Of a stretch of DNA of 64,000 nt, positions 12,806 to 25,393 are shown piece after piece. Made by a program: the position numbers and the translations under genes. Position 1 is the stretch's first letter. The number at the start of each line of letters is the position of its first letter. Under the pieces are notes generated by a model, which was not told the DNA's origin, made no database searches, and saw only the letters and a program-made list of their open reading frames with translations. This stretch comes from Vicugna vicugna (lineage: Eukaryota): the NCBI GenBank assembly GCA_013265495.1, contig MU058844.1, forward strand, positions 13,228,184 through 13,292,183, given 5' to 3'.

Positions 12806-13568
12806 TCAAGAGAGGAAATGGAAAGAGAAAGGTGAAGCTGGGAAGTGTGCTTTATAAACTCTTTATTCCTGCCAGGATGTAAAGTCAATTATGATTAATC
12901 AATTAGAAATTTGAGGCTCTTGAATATAAACAATTTCCCATCTCTGCTTTTTGTCAGATGAGGAACTAGGGCTTGGCCAGACGAATTTCATGGGGCTTCA
13001 GGCTGGACCTCCATTCTAGGGGTCCCTCCCCTCCATGTGGAAGGGCAATAGGAGGAGAGTTCGGGCCTCCGTGCAGCGGCCCATGTGATGCTGGGTGCTC
13101 TGGAGCATCCCTCTCCTGGAGCAGGGATCTGACTTGATGCGGGCTGGTCCCTCATTCCCCAGCTGTGTGGAGAGCGTTTGTCTGAAGTGGTGAATATACA
13201 GGCAGCAAAAGGTCCTGCTCCTTCCCTCTCTTGCCTCCCCTGCCATGAGCCTCCCATGGTGCCTGGTCTAGGGGAGGAGCTCAAAATCTGCTGGTTGGAC
13301 AAAGCTTTATGAGGCAGATTTTGGAGAGTTTTGGAGCCATTTTCTCAATCTCTCTAAAAGTTTTCATCTGGTACTCTCAGGTTTTTAATATATATATATA
13401 CACATTTAAAAAAAATCCTCCCCACCCCTTACCACTTCTCTCACCCTGAAAACACAGCAGTGCATTTCTGATGATATGTGGCTATTTATGCTTTTAGAGA
13501 GAGGGCATAAGGTATTAGAGAAATAGAAAGGAGAGTTGTAGTAATTTTTCTCTGGATATAATTTAAAG

Positions 13569-13792
13569 CAGGGTTTTATAAAATCCTAGTTTCAACCCAC
13601 TAGTGGGTCATCAATTCAGTATTGTGAGTTTCAACTTGCATTTTTTGAAAAAGAAAAAATTGAAAAGAAAATAGGCCGAGTGAGCTCTGTTTTGCGAAAC
13701 TTCTGTTTCAGTCACACACCTGTAGGAGGGCGCGTGCTGGGCTGTGATGTCGGTGCGTCTCTTACAGTGGGTCTGTAGGTTTGAAGCCAGTG
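13569..13792 (+). mobile_element. hAT-type non-autonomous DNA transposon (MITE) with 8-bp TSD
   Basis: Starts cagggtttt and ends tttgaagccagtg; flanks atttaaag (13561-13568) and atttaagg (13793-13800) match 7/8; related copy at 25394-25615. Confidence 0.75.
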
Positions 13793-14730
13793 ATTTAAGG
13801 CATGCACGCTTTCTTGGCTCAATTTAAAGTAGTAAATGCTGTCTTTCTAAGATCTTAAATCACGTAGTTAACCACTGAGCTTACCTTTCCGGAGAAACTA
13901 CTTCCCCTGACCAGAAGAAACACCTTAATAGATAACAGAGATAAGAAGGTAGTTTAAATACCTATTTGTACCAACTGTATTGACACTGAGCCAGTGGCTT
14001 ATACAGTCAGCTCTCTACTGCTCCTAATTAGCCGTTTGCTGATTTTGTAAAGAGGACATCTTTACACATTTTGTAAAGTGGTCATCTGCTTATTTGAAAA
14101 ATCCTTTTGTATTGTCTCAGGAAGGTGTGAGGACATACCAAAATGGTTGTCAATGGAGATGGAAGGTTTTCTGGTATTTTTTTTTTTTTTTTTTACTTAC
14201 TCAAGAGAGCCCAGGAAAAACATGGTTTTATGTGGATCAGGGCACTCAGATGTGGGGACACATGTGGTCAGAGGCAAAAGAGAATTTAAAAGTAGAGAGT
14301 GAACTTCCCAGTGACATCCTGTTCCTTTGGCAGCCACTTGGCTGACGCGTTTGCAGTCATGATGGGTGACCCCGTGTCGTGCTTATCTGGTCAGGGGTTG
14401 TCTGAATGGGGTCTCTCCGGAGTTCCGCGGGCTCTGGAGTGGGGTTGTGTCACTGGAGATGCATGCCAGGCTGAGTTCACAGCTCGAGAGGAGGGCGGCA
14501 GAGGTGCGCTTGGCTCTCCCCGGAAGCCCACCTGAACTGCTGCTGAGGGCACCAAGGAAAGGCTGTAAGGCACCACACACGGCCACCCTCCTTCATACGT
14601 GCGGTACCCAGAGTCCAGCTGCTGTTCAGTCTGGCAAAGAGGGAGGTTTTTTCCCCTTTCAGGCAATCTTCCCTGTATTATACAGGGGAAGCCACAAAGA
14701 AGCCAATTGATTTATAGACTCCTTTTGGGA

Positions 14731-14756
14731 GAAACAAAACAAAACAAAACAAAAAA
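14731..14756. repeat. (AAAAC)n repeat
   Basis: Direct reading. Confidence 0.9.
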
Positions 14757-15638
14757 CCCTAATAAAACTTAAGCTCTACTTTTTCATCTGAACCTGAGTT
14801 TTGTCTTTCCTAGAAATACTGCTTCTTGGATGGATTCAGAGCTTTGGAAATCTCTCCTGCCATTGAAGGGTCCGTCTTTAACAGGTCAGTGGGTAAAGCT
14901 CATTGAAGCTGTTTTTATTTTTATTCTGTCAGAGAACTAGCCCACTTTTCCCTCTCAGACGATATAATGGTTTTCCAGGCTCTGGAGCCGGCAGATGGCT
15001 CATGATACAATGTTGACGTTCCATTTAGAGACCGACCTTTGGACTTTGTTCTTGTTTCCCCTGTCCCCTTCTCTTATTTGAGAGGTCAGGGAGGGACAAA
15101 GATGTGCAAGAGGAAAGCTGTGACTTGCTGGTGACCTCCCCACCCTCCAACAAGTGACAGGGCACCCGGTGCACTGAGTCTGGACCCCTTGAATATGCTG
15201 TCTGCCAGTCGAGCTCCTTTTCTGTGTGCAGATCTAAAAAGAAAAAAATAAACTGACATCTCATTATGGGAGGAATTCACCTCAAGTGTGGACATCAGAG
15301 ACAAGGCCTTGACAGGAAAATGCCTCCTGTCTTCTCTCCCCGGGATCCCAGCCTTTATTCCAGGACCTTTGAACTCTCATTGTTACTGATAATGGTTAGT
15401 GAGAAAATGGGACAAGAGGGGGCACATTGAATGCTGCAGAGGGGCCGTCGTAGTTTTCATTCAGTGGAAGAAACTGGACACTCGTGAATGAGAGGGGGAT
15501 GGGCCACTCATGTCTTGATCGTTAAGTTGTTGGAATATCTAAGCCTCTTGTTCTCTTGTCACCGTTATTTGGTCATTAACCCAGCTGCCCAGGGATTGAG
15601 TGCTGGAAGGATGAGTGGATAAAATTAAAACAAGTGAG

Positions 15639-15754
15639 GACAAAATGGGTGAAGGTGGTCAAAGGTGTAAACTTCCAGCTATAAGGTAGATAAGTCCTGG
15701 GGGTGTAATGCACAGCATGGTGACTATAAAGAAAAAAAAAAGAAATAAAAAACC
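15639..15754 (+). mobile_element. Short LINE-1 3' UTR piece (L1MA-like) with A-tail and TSD
   Basis: aaaatgggtgaaggtggtcaaaggtgtaaacttccagctataag...cagcatggtgactata then an A-rich tail; caagtgag at 15631-15638 and 15755-15762. Confidence 0.8.
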
Positions 15755-16459
15755 CAAGTGAGCATGTCTGCTGGAGAGTAGATAAATCTGCGTCTACTTA
15801 ATAAAAGAGAGTTTAGCTCAGTCTTTGTCCCTTACATGATAAAGGACGAATCCCCTTAGTCTGGTCTCTCCCTTCCAACTACTGCACTCCAGCCACGTGA
15901 TTTCTCAGGGTATTTGACTAGTCGAGTGGTTCCTGATCCCAGCTACTGAGACTAATTGAGAGTTAATCGTATGTTTGCTTGTTATTTTGCTTACCTCCTG
16001 GTTTAAAAGTAAGAGCAGTTGCTTAGACTCCAAACTTGGGCCCAAAAGTAGCATCAAATGGTGTGATTCGGGGTGTGAGGAAGCCTTTCTTTCCATTATC
16101 TTTCCCACCATCCAATCCCAGCACCCAAAATAAGAGTTATTCGTTGAGGCTAAGACAGCTTTATTTTCCCCAGGGGAAGGGAATACTACATATATGTTTT
16201 TCCACTTTTCTACATTTTTGAAATGGATATGCATTACAAGTGATGAATATATTACAGTGTTTTTTCTCCCCAAATTTCATTAAATTTATAATGCATTTTC
16301 AGTGGATGGGACTTACGATGTTGTAAATATGGTATATTAAGCAGTTATTAAGTCAATCATATTTAAGTGTGAATTATTTCAGTATTTTTGTTTCTGGAAA
16401 GTTACCTGAGAAAAGCATTTTGTGAAATTAGGAATGCTAATATGTGTTTCTTAAATTAA

Positions 16460-16560
16460 TATCTATTGAGTACCTTGCAGTGTTCCTGGCTCTGCTTTTA
16501 TTAACATGACCTCACTTGATCTTTAAAGCAATCCTCTTACAGGGATCACTTTTTATTATT
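16460..16560 (-). mobile_element. MIR fragment
   Basis: tattgagtaccttgcagtgttcctggctctg...acctcacttgatctttaaagcaatcct. Confidence 0.6.
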
Positions 16561-16604
16561 ACTTTTATTATTATTATACAATTTGGTCTCAAATAATTTG
16601 AATG

Positions 16605-16800
16605 AAGTTCATTTATTTATGTAACATATTTTGTTGAGCATCTACTAGGTATCAGGCATTCTTCTAGGTACCAAGGATTCAGAGATGAATTAAGGCAGTT
16701 ACTGTCTCTGACCTAGGAAGCTGCCTGTGATAAGCCAGCAAAGCAATAAACGAGATAATTTCAGATATCAAGTGCGATGAAGAAAATAAAGCCCAGTGCA
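16605..16800 (-). mobile_element. LINE-2 3' end
   Basis: ttcatttatttatgtaacatattttgttgagcatctactaggtatcaggcattcttctagg. Confidence 0.8.
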
Positions 16801-17819
16801 TCTGGGAATTGCTGATTGTGGGGGGCGGTCACTGTTATGTCGGTAGAGGGAACAGTAAGTATAAAGCAACGAGGGTTCGCTTAAGGCTTTTGACTTTTTG
16901 AGGTCACCCAACTAGTGAGGAGCTCTGGGTTTTAGTCTGTTTCCGGAATAAGCAAGAGGCAGTGGCAAGCCTGAGAAGTTTCGCTTCTTTAAGGTGAAGC
17001 CATGAGAGTTATTAGAGCATATTGAAATGATTTTTGCCGAACTGGGCTGGTGCCAGGACACCTGGGCTGCGAGCTCCACCCCTCCCCTCGGAACATTAGG
17101 GACTTCAGAGGAAGTATCTGTTTTCATCATTTCTGGAAACGGGATTGTTCTTTGATGTTTTCTCATTCTGTTTGCCTGACGACCACACCAGAATCAGACT
17201 TTTTTCAAGGCCGCTCTTGCCTAATGAACTAGAGGCTTTGGAAAAATCTGCCAAATAATAGAAATATTTCTCTTTCAGCTTAACTGCTGACCCAGACTAG
17301 TCAGAGAAACGGCCTTTCAAAGGATAAATCGATGAAATTCCATTTCTGGGGGCAAGTGCCTTGATTTGCATCGACCATTGTTGTAAATGTCAACTGTCCA
17401 GCTCCCACTGTCAGCTTGAATGGCCGTCAGTGTTTATCCTCCCAAGAAAATTGCCCCGACATATTCAGTGCATGGCTGGGGGCTGTGAGGCCATACTGTT
17501 TCTTGTTAATCACAAGCATGCCCCTCTTATCTGTCCTCCTTCCTTTCTCTCCTGTGAGCCGCTTCCAAGTTTTCCAAAGTTCTGATGACACGCTGACTTC
17601 ATTTAGCTGGGCTGTTCGTTTTTCTGGGCTTCTCTGCTGAGCCGGCATTCCCATGACCCATCCTGTGAAGTCCTGGGAGGGCAGCAAACTGTGAGCTGGT
17701 GGAAGAATGAGAGGCAGTTGAAGAGACTGAACAAAGGGACAAGGCAGCTTCCTTCCCTTGCAACTGGAAGTAGATGTGAAAAGCCCAGGGCACAAAACTG
17801 TTCCAAAGCGAAAACGCCA

Positions 17820-17890
17820 GAATGTGTGTGCTGTCTTGTTTACCACCGTGTCCCCAAGACCTAGAACATAGCAGGTGTTGAATAAATGAC
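17820..17890 (+). mobile_element. LINE-2 3' tail
   Basis: tgtcttgtttaccaccgtgtccccaagacctagaacatagcaggtgttgaataaatga. Confidence 0.75.
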
Positions 17891-18657
17891 TCCCGTGGCA
17901 GGCTATCTCTCCGAGCTTAACTATGCCCTCCATCGCCTCCTAGGTCCCTTTCTCACTGACCACTGCTGGGCTTTTGCCAGTTCTTTGCTCTTGAGGAAGG
18001 AATGGAGCCTAGAAAGGGGTAGGGGAAGGCCGGTCCTATTGCCAGGCTCGACTGGCTGCAGCAGTCAGGACCCCTTTCCAGCTGCAGACCACTTCGTGTG
18101 TGATAAATGATACAGAAACACATCCCGGGCAGCCGACTGGCCCGTCAGCCGTTCTTTGTAAATACCAGCCAGAGGCAGCTCCGGTCTTGTGCCAGGCTGG
18201 AGGCAGCAAGAGCAAATCTCGCAGGTTCCTGCTCCTCCCAGGGGCTCATCATACCTCTACAGCTGCTGTCTCAGTTCCAGATACTGGGTGATGAATTCTT
18301 TGTAATTTTCCTTCGGAGCATCCGTGAAGGAGACGTCATCCTCCCACTCTGCCTGTATCTGTTTGCTTTGGCAGAGCATCGCTTCGTGTTTCCTCTCTTC
18401 TCTATTCTCATCTCTTTGATTCAGAATGATCTCTCCTGCTGCTTACTTCTTGTTCCTGGAGGTACAAACCACAAGTAGGGCTTTGATAGCAATGACCAGA
18501 GGATGTGTTAGGTCACTGGGGAGGGTCTAGATGAACAGCTCTGTGTCTTGGAATTTATTTTATCTCTCTTCCATCAAACTGCGTTACACGGAGACAGTCT
18601 AGGAAAGAGAATTTATATAAATGAAATGTTTAGTCCCCTGACTGAGGGGCTGTGTTG

Positions 18658-18838
18658 CTGTTTTGTGGCTTTTGAGACTCAGACATTTTCACCCTTTAAC
18701 ACCTCAGAATTTGGGAGTTATTTTTCTTATAATGTATGTCACTCATTAATTGGCAATTAAAAAAAATTTTTTTTTTGGTGATGGGTAAAATAATGGTGTC
18801 TCTCACAATGGGTGTAATCTTAGATTTGATAAAAGAAG
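18658..18838 (+). mobile_element. MER104-like Tc2/Kanga non-autonomous DNA transposon
   Basis: catttt...tttaacacctcagaatttggga...ttaattggca...taaaataatggtgtctctcacaat...tcttagatttgataaaa follows the MER104 layout over ~180 bp. Confidence 0.7.
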
Positions 18839-18879
18839 ACAGTTCATTTTGGCCAGAAATGTCTCAATTTTTTTATGAC

Positions 18880-20058
18880 TTCATTTTTTAAAAGCAATTT
18901 TTGGCTTACAGCAAAATTGAGAGGGAGGAACAGAGATTTCCCATACTCTTTTCCTCTGCATGTGCATGGCTTCCCCCTTATCAACATCGCTCACTGAAAT
19001 GGTACATTTTTAAACCAAGGATAAGCCTACTTTGACACATCATAATCACTCCAAGTCCGTAGTTTACCTTAGGGTTCACTCTTGGTGTTGTACATTCTAT
19101 AGGTTTGAACAAATGTATAATGACATATATTCATCACTGTAATATTATGTAGAGTATTTTTACTACCTTATTCATTCCCTCCCCTTCTGGGACAACCATT
19201 GACCTTTTTATTGTCTCCATAGTTTTGCCTTTTCCAAAACATCATATAGTTGGAATCATACAATAGGTAGCCTTTTCAGGTTGGCTTTTTTCACTTAGTA
19301 ATATGCATTTAAGTTTCCTTCATGTCTTTTTATAGCTTGATAGCTCCTTTCTTTTTAGCACTGAATAAAATTCTACTGTCTGGATGTACCACAGTTTATT
19401 TATCCATTCACCTACTGAAAGACATCTGGCTGCCTCCTAATCTGCTTTAGCAGTTATTAATAAAGCTGCTATAAAGATCCATGTGCAGGTTTCAGTGCGG
19501 ACATAAATTTTCAACTCCTTTGGGTAAATACCAAGGAGGATGATGGCTGGATCACCTGGTAGGAGCATGTGTAGTTTTGTAAGAACTGCCAGACTGTCTT
19601 CCAAAGTGGCTGGACACTTTTGCTTATCCACCAGCAAAGAGTGACAGTTCCTCACCAGCATTTGGTGCTATCAGTGTTGTGGATTTCAGCTATTCTAAAG
19701 GTGGGTAGTGGTATCTCCTTGTTTTAATTTGCTTTTCTCTGACAACAAATGATGTGGAACATCTTTCCATGAGCTTATTTGCCATCAATATGCTTTGATG
19801 TCTGTTAATATCTACAGCCCATTTTTTAAGTGTGTTTTTTGTTTTCTTATTGCTGCATTTTAAAGGTTCTTTGTATATCTTGAATAACGCTCCTTTATCA
19901 GATATCTCTTTGGCAAAGATTTTCTCCCAGTCTGTGACTTGTCTTCTGATTCTCTTGAGAATGTCTTTCACAGAGCAGAAGTTTTTTAATTTTAACAAAG
20001 TTTAGCTTCTCAGTGATTTATTTCCTGGTTTGCGTCTTTGGTGTTACATCTGAAAAGA
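18880..20058 (-). mobile_element. LINE-1 (L1MC1/L1MB-like): 3' UTR plus ORF2 C-terminal remnant
   Basis: ORFs 19690-19998 (KLKNFCSVKD...WEKIFA...SDKG) and 19437-19661 (DPAIILLGIYPKELK...FIAAL) are decayed L1 ORF2p; L1 3' UTR sequence lies at 18880-19430. Confidence 0.95.
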
Positions 20059-21182
20059 TATATGTAGGGAACCTGTAAACATTTGTGTAGAAAGAGTGCT
20101 GAAACTATCCAACAACCAACAGGACTACAGACTCCTGGCACACTCTCCAAGCAGTGGCTGCTAGAAGTCTGTTTAAGGTCGGGGGAAGCTTAGACGCTCC
20201 GAGGTCCTGCCCAAGATGGCAACTGGGGGAGTCGGGAGTTTAACCCAGGAACTCTAACTGCGAGAGTTCATCCTCTCAAGTACCACAAGGGCCTTTAGGT
20301 CATGTTTATCTTTATTGATTTCAGTGTAATTTTACGTTCTCTTCCGCTGGATTCTATTTCCAGAGTTACTACAATTAGGCAGGTAGAATATTTACTTGGT
20401 CCTTCTAGAAGAAATTTCCAGTGATCTGGCGTCGATGTGATTGGACATATGTCAAGTGATCTTTCTACCCATGGAGCCATTGATGGAAGACACTGAGGAT
20501 GTGCTTATTTAGCCTGTAAGTGATGCTACATCACATAGACCAATGCAATATTATTTAAGAGGAGCATAATCCTGGACAAACAGGATAAAAGACAATTACA
20601 CCAGGGTGAGAGTAGGCACTTAGGAAACCAAAACTATAGAAATCATTACAAGATTAACTAGCCACGGTCATTAGCCTGAAAGACCTGTGGGCCAGAGCTG
20701 ATCATTATATGAGTGAGCAACACCATGTTCCTATGGGAATAGGGCTGAGATGAACACAGTTCTTCCTCTGTGCTCTGAGTACCTCAAGCACCTACTAGTG
20801 TGTTACAAGTAATATCACCTCCTGAATCTTTTTAAAAAAGATTCAAGCATTGGTATTTTAGTTTAACCAATAAAATTGGAAAAGTTGAAAAATAAGACTC
20901 AGTGTTATTGTTTGGAAAAAAGAGACATTTCACATACTCCTGATGGGATTCTGAAAGATACCACTTTTCTACAAGACAGCTTGGCAACATGTATTAAAAG
21001 CTGTCAACTGTGAATATTCTTGGAGCAATTCCAATTTCAGAATTACTTCCCCTAAAGAAATTGTTGAAGCTGGATGAAAAAATTTAGTTACATAAATGTT
21101 TAGTGCAGTACAATTTATAATAGCAAGATTGGATAATATGGTGGAAAATTATACAGCCATTAAAAATCCTGTTGTTAAATGA

Positions 21183-21350
21183 GAATTTTTAACTGTTTTT
21201 AGGTCATACATCCTTTTGGGAATATGATGAAAGCAGACAACTTTTTTCTTGGGAAGAAAGCATATACGTACCTGCATAAAATAAAAATTTATATATAATT
21301 TCATAGAATTCACTGTGTGAAGCCCATGCACAGACTTGAGTTGAAGACTA
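21183..21350 (-). mobile_element. Charlie4z-like hAT MITE
   Basis: ttttaggtcatacatccttttgggaatatgatgaaagc...ataatttcatagaattcac...gaagcccat matches the recalled reversed consensus. Confidence 0.6.
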
Positions 21351-21376
21351 CAACTTGATAGCAAAGAGTAATAATT

Positions 21377-21455
21377 TTTTTACATTGTATGTATATATAT
21401 GTTTATGTATATATAGATAATTGAAGTATAGTCAGTTTGCAGTGTTATGTCAATA
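21377..21455 (-). mobile_element. Very short LINE-1 3' terminus with TA-rich tail
   Basis: attgaagtatagtcagtttgcagtgttatgtcaat, the same terminus type as 54800-54925. Confidence 0.6.
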
Positions 21456-21779
21456 AAAATAATAATTAGTGATGGAGAATCATTAGAAAAGCATGTATGT
21501 GCATTGACATACGAGACTGCAAAGATATATATCATAGTAGCTCTGAGAAATGAGATGCTGGAATTTAAAAAATTTATTCTTTGGGCTTTTCCGTATTTCT
21601 CTAAATTTCCACCAGGAAAATGTGTTATTTCAATATAGTTTAAAAAATTATTTTAATATGGAGTCAAAAAATACACAGGAAGCTTAGAGAAGCCCCTAAG
21701 AAAGCTAGCAAACATGAAAAATGATGAAAAGTGCAAAGGAATAATATCATGTTGCCTATGGTAATAGGTACTCCTGGCA

Positions 21780-21960
21780 GAGGGCACAACAGTTCTCTGT
21801 CCTCATATAACATTCAAGGGAAAGGGATTTAATTTAAACTAAAGGTTATGCTTGGGCAGAAAATAGAATTTCTTTTCTGTCGTGTGTAAAATACTTAGAT
21901 GAGGCACTCAAGGACAAGGTGAAACCTCTGTCCATGAAAATGTAAAAGGTGTAGCAAAAA
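21780..21960 (+). mobile_element. L3/CR1 LINE 3' fragment
   Basis: gaatttcttttctgtcgtgtgtaaaatacttagatgaggcactcaaggacaaggtgaaacctctgtccatgaaaat resembles the CR1/L3 ORF2 end. Confidence 0.5.
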
Positions 21961-22671
21961 ATTATCCATCTTGTTGGTTTAAGCATCCATTTCCCTGAAG
22001 GCATGAAATGCAATCAGCTGATTTATCTGGAGCCCTTCTGTTCAATGTGCTTATATTTTTGAAGCAGGGTGTGCTGGTACACGAGAGGGAGAGGCGCTGC
22101 CGGTGCTCAGCCATCTGCTCCATCCCCCCATACTTCCTTGACGCCCCTGGTGGGGGTGGGCAATGAGTGCTGCTTCTCAAATAAGGTGATTCAGATCTCC
22201 TATTAATAAACGTTGGCTACCAGGGAAACTGGTGATCTAGTTTCAAAAAGCTCCATTCATTTTTGTGCCTTGGTCTGACCCACATCACTAAGTGAAGTAC
22301 ACTTATAAGGGAAAGTCTGGTCAAGTAAAATTATTCTCTGTGCTCTTGATTATTGATGTTAAGGGCTTCTCTGGAGGGAAGTATTCTATTTTTGAGCAGA
22401 CTGAATCCTCTGGAGACCTACTGCATCTGTAGGGGAATTTCCCTAATCTATTCTGCAGGCTTGGCAACTCTTTGCCCTTGTTATTTCTTGTTTCTTCTCA
22501 TGCTTCCCATTCTTTTTATGACCTTGAAGTATTGCTGCTAAAAATGTATACCTTAGGACAATTCAGTTTCTGTGACAGAAGGCATGATTCAGTATCACTG
22601 TAGTACTCACACAGATGTATGTACAAACATGCACACACATATATACTACATGTATAAATGTAGAAATATGC

Positions 22672-22905
22672 AACATAGTGTTATGATTAAGAGCATGGCG
22701 CTCTGTGGACAGACTTTCTGAGTTGAGTTCCTGGTACCATAAATAGCTTTGTGAACTTGGGCAGTTTATTTAACCTTGGTAAAATTTAGTTTATCAAAAT
22801 GGGGTTAGTAATGGTTACTTTTCTGATAGGTTGGTGGTGAAGATTAAATGCATTAATACAAGCACAGCGATGATAACGTTGCCTGTACTGTAGTGCGTGT
22901 TTGCT
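22672..22905 (+). mobile_element. MIR SINE, near full length
   Basis: catagtgttatgattaagagcatgg...tagctttgtgaacttgggcagtttatttaacct...aaaatggggttagtaatg...gtgaagattaaatg. Confidence 0.88.
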
Positions 22906-25204
22906 CGTAGTTTCAACACTTGATGAGTATCAGGAGGTTTGTGAGACTGATTTGTTGGCCTTCTCAGTCCCAGATCTCACAAAAGTCTTGCTTGATCCTA
23001 AGGCCACAGGAACTAGAATTTCCTTCAGCTATTACATCCTTTCCAGCACTAGCTTCTCTAGGGCAGACATGCCCAAATGTCCCTATTGGTGCTAAGTCAT
23101 TGTGTGGACAGCATTACCCAAAGGAGGTTCATGAAGTAGACGGAGCCCTCTAAGCTTTGGGCACCCATGGGATTGGAGTCCTGCTGCTTATCCCTAAGTT
23201 AACCTACCAGCCAAAGCTACCTGTGGAGCAGGATCCATCTTGGTCTCTTGTATGTTTGCTAGTCTTCAGGCCTGAGTACCACAGACTGTCTTGGGAGTAT
23301 TGAGTGTCTTTTCTTGTTCATAACTTCATAGTCACGGTTGATTATCTTTTTTGCATAGTCCTTGCCTTCCAATAGGAGACCTGAATTCCTCTTGAGATTC
23401 TTGTTTCCTGGGATCCTAGACTTTCTGACTTTTCTAGATGAATCAGAGGAGGTGGTTATATCAAGATGTTGGCAAAGACAGCTCACAGAGTCATGGAAGG
23501 GTGTGTCTCCCTTCATCCAGAAGTAAAATTTCTGAAGTTGTATGTAAATAAAATTTTTGTAACTCAAATGTACTAAACTTGTTGAAACTGTTTGTTCTTT
23601 TTGTTTTTTTTTTGGTCAAGATTCTGCCATATTCTCAAATAGGTAACAGCATTATTCTGCAAGACACTATACAAAATATTTGGAGGAAGTTATTAAAGAA
23701 GTAGAAATTATATTTGTCTCCATTGAGTCTGTGTTTTAATGGAGAGTCATGGAAAAACATAAATTAGGGTTTTTCTACTGTATATTATCCTGTTTTGATG
23801 CTCTGTAGTTGTGGGGAGTAGAAATAGTCCCTACTGAAATCCACAGTTAGATCTTCACAGAAGTGAATCTGAAATATTCTCACCATTTTGATTTCCTGAA
23901 GTTTGTATATCCTGGATTTACTAGGATGGTGTCTATTTCCTGTTATTTCATTTGATTCAGTAAAAGTGGTTTATTAATTATTGCATAATATTTAGCCTTC
24001 CATAGATTTTTATGTAAGTCAAACAACAATAACAAACCTTAGATGGACTTCAAGTTCCAATATTTGGTTCTGAAAATGTGGTCTTTTGGACTCATACTTT
24101 GGTTTCATACTTAGGAAAAGTGGCTGGCAGAGTTAGGAGTCTGATGGTCTCCTCCGAGGTGAGGACAATGCTTTACTATTCCTGCAGGGCACCTCGCCTT
24201 TGACACGGTTCATCATGGTCATTGTGACCTCTGCATCACAGCTGTTGGCCTGTCAGCTTCTCCGTCTGTCAGGGAGGACCAGGAACCACGTTTGAGTGAC
24301 GCTGCCATTGTTTATCCCCAATCCGTGCTTCTCCGCTCTGCTTCCCACGGCTGCTCTGTTGTCCTCCACCTGTTAGCTTCCTTACCTGGGACTCTTAAAA
24401 AACTGGATCGTCCAGGGATAGAGTGAGTGTCATCACTGAGTGTCTGCTTCCTTGTCAGGGGAAGACTCTGGACAGCCTCTGTTCTTGTATTTCTTTCAAA
24501 GGAGATTAGAGAGGCTGTTGCTGGGTGGTTTGTGTCACTATATAGGTCTGGCCGGGAGTGCCCCAGTTGTCTATTTTGAGAAGTGGAGAATTCATTGTTC
24601 ATCTTCTTTGTGTCTCTGAGCTGACAGTTCTTAGCTGGTTCTGTCCTTGGGCTAGGAAAGTAAATGTTACACATGGAGCTCAAGGGAATTTTCCTTCTTA
24701 GGATTTACTAGTGCAAATAATAACTTCAGTGCCATACAGAAGGGACTTTGACGGCCGAAAGAAAACCTTTAGGGCCAACCTGATCCCCAAAGTTAGAGGA
24801 GGGCAAGAGGTGGGGCAGGTCAAGTGGTTTTAATCTCTCCAGCTCAGAGTTCTAGTTTTATACAAACTCTCTTATGGCTCATCAACTGCTCTAAATGTGT
24901 TAGAAAACTTAGCACAAAACATTCTCTAATAGGCTTTGGAGCCATCTCAAAATAATTTCCCTTAATTAGATATAATGGATTGTCTGATGAACTGTACGGC
25001 TCGATTTGGCTTGGCAGAGGTAATTAGCCATGAACAATTGTACTTGGTCATTTTTTATGATGCAAGTGTGAAAATTACACTTTTATTTTTTACAGCTGCC
25101 ATTTGATAAAGCCTAAAGATTTTAACTCAAGTTAACACCAGATTTTTGTTTTCTTTCAAAACACTGTTTAAACTCAGAATACCTTCATTTGAGGTCTGCT
25201 CCAC

Positions 25205-25340
25205 ACCCAACACGCACTGGCTGTAAGATCCTGACAAATCACTCACACTAAGTGTGTTTTCTCAGCTATAAAACGGGGTTAATGATAACTTGCAGGATTA
25301 ATTGGAATAGTATCTTGATCGCTTTTAATAAACAATGCTA
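25205..25340 (+). mobile_element. MIR fragment
   Basis: ctggctgtaagatcctgacaaatcactc...tttctcagctataaaacggggttaatgata. Confidence 0.6.
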
Positions 25341-25393
25341 TGTCGTGTTGTCTATAAAAAATAATAACGAAACTTGCCAGAGGCTTGAATAAG

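Larger units (their letters stand above)
20895..21655 (+). mobile_element. Old LINE-1 (L1ME-like) 3' region, interrupted by later insertions
   Basis: ccacttttctacaagacagcttggcaacatgtattaaaag...gcaattccaatttcagaattac...tatacagccattaaaaat; terminal-like piece at 21470-21655. Confidence 0.7.

Noticed and set aside
17427..17933. Longest ORF (168 aa, minus strand)
   Set aside because: Its 5' part reads through an L2 tail; there is no recognisable domain or splice context
19437..19998. ORFs with real protein homology (also 20-208)
   Set aside because: Frameshifted or stop-interrupted LINE-1 ORF2 C-terminal remnants, not functional CDS
22140..22156. CTCF site (ccaccaggggcgt on the minus strand)
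   Set aside because: One G short of the core, so the conserved GGC register is broken
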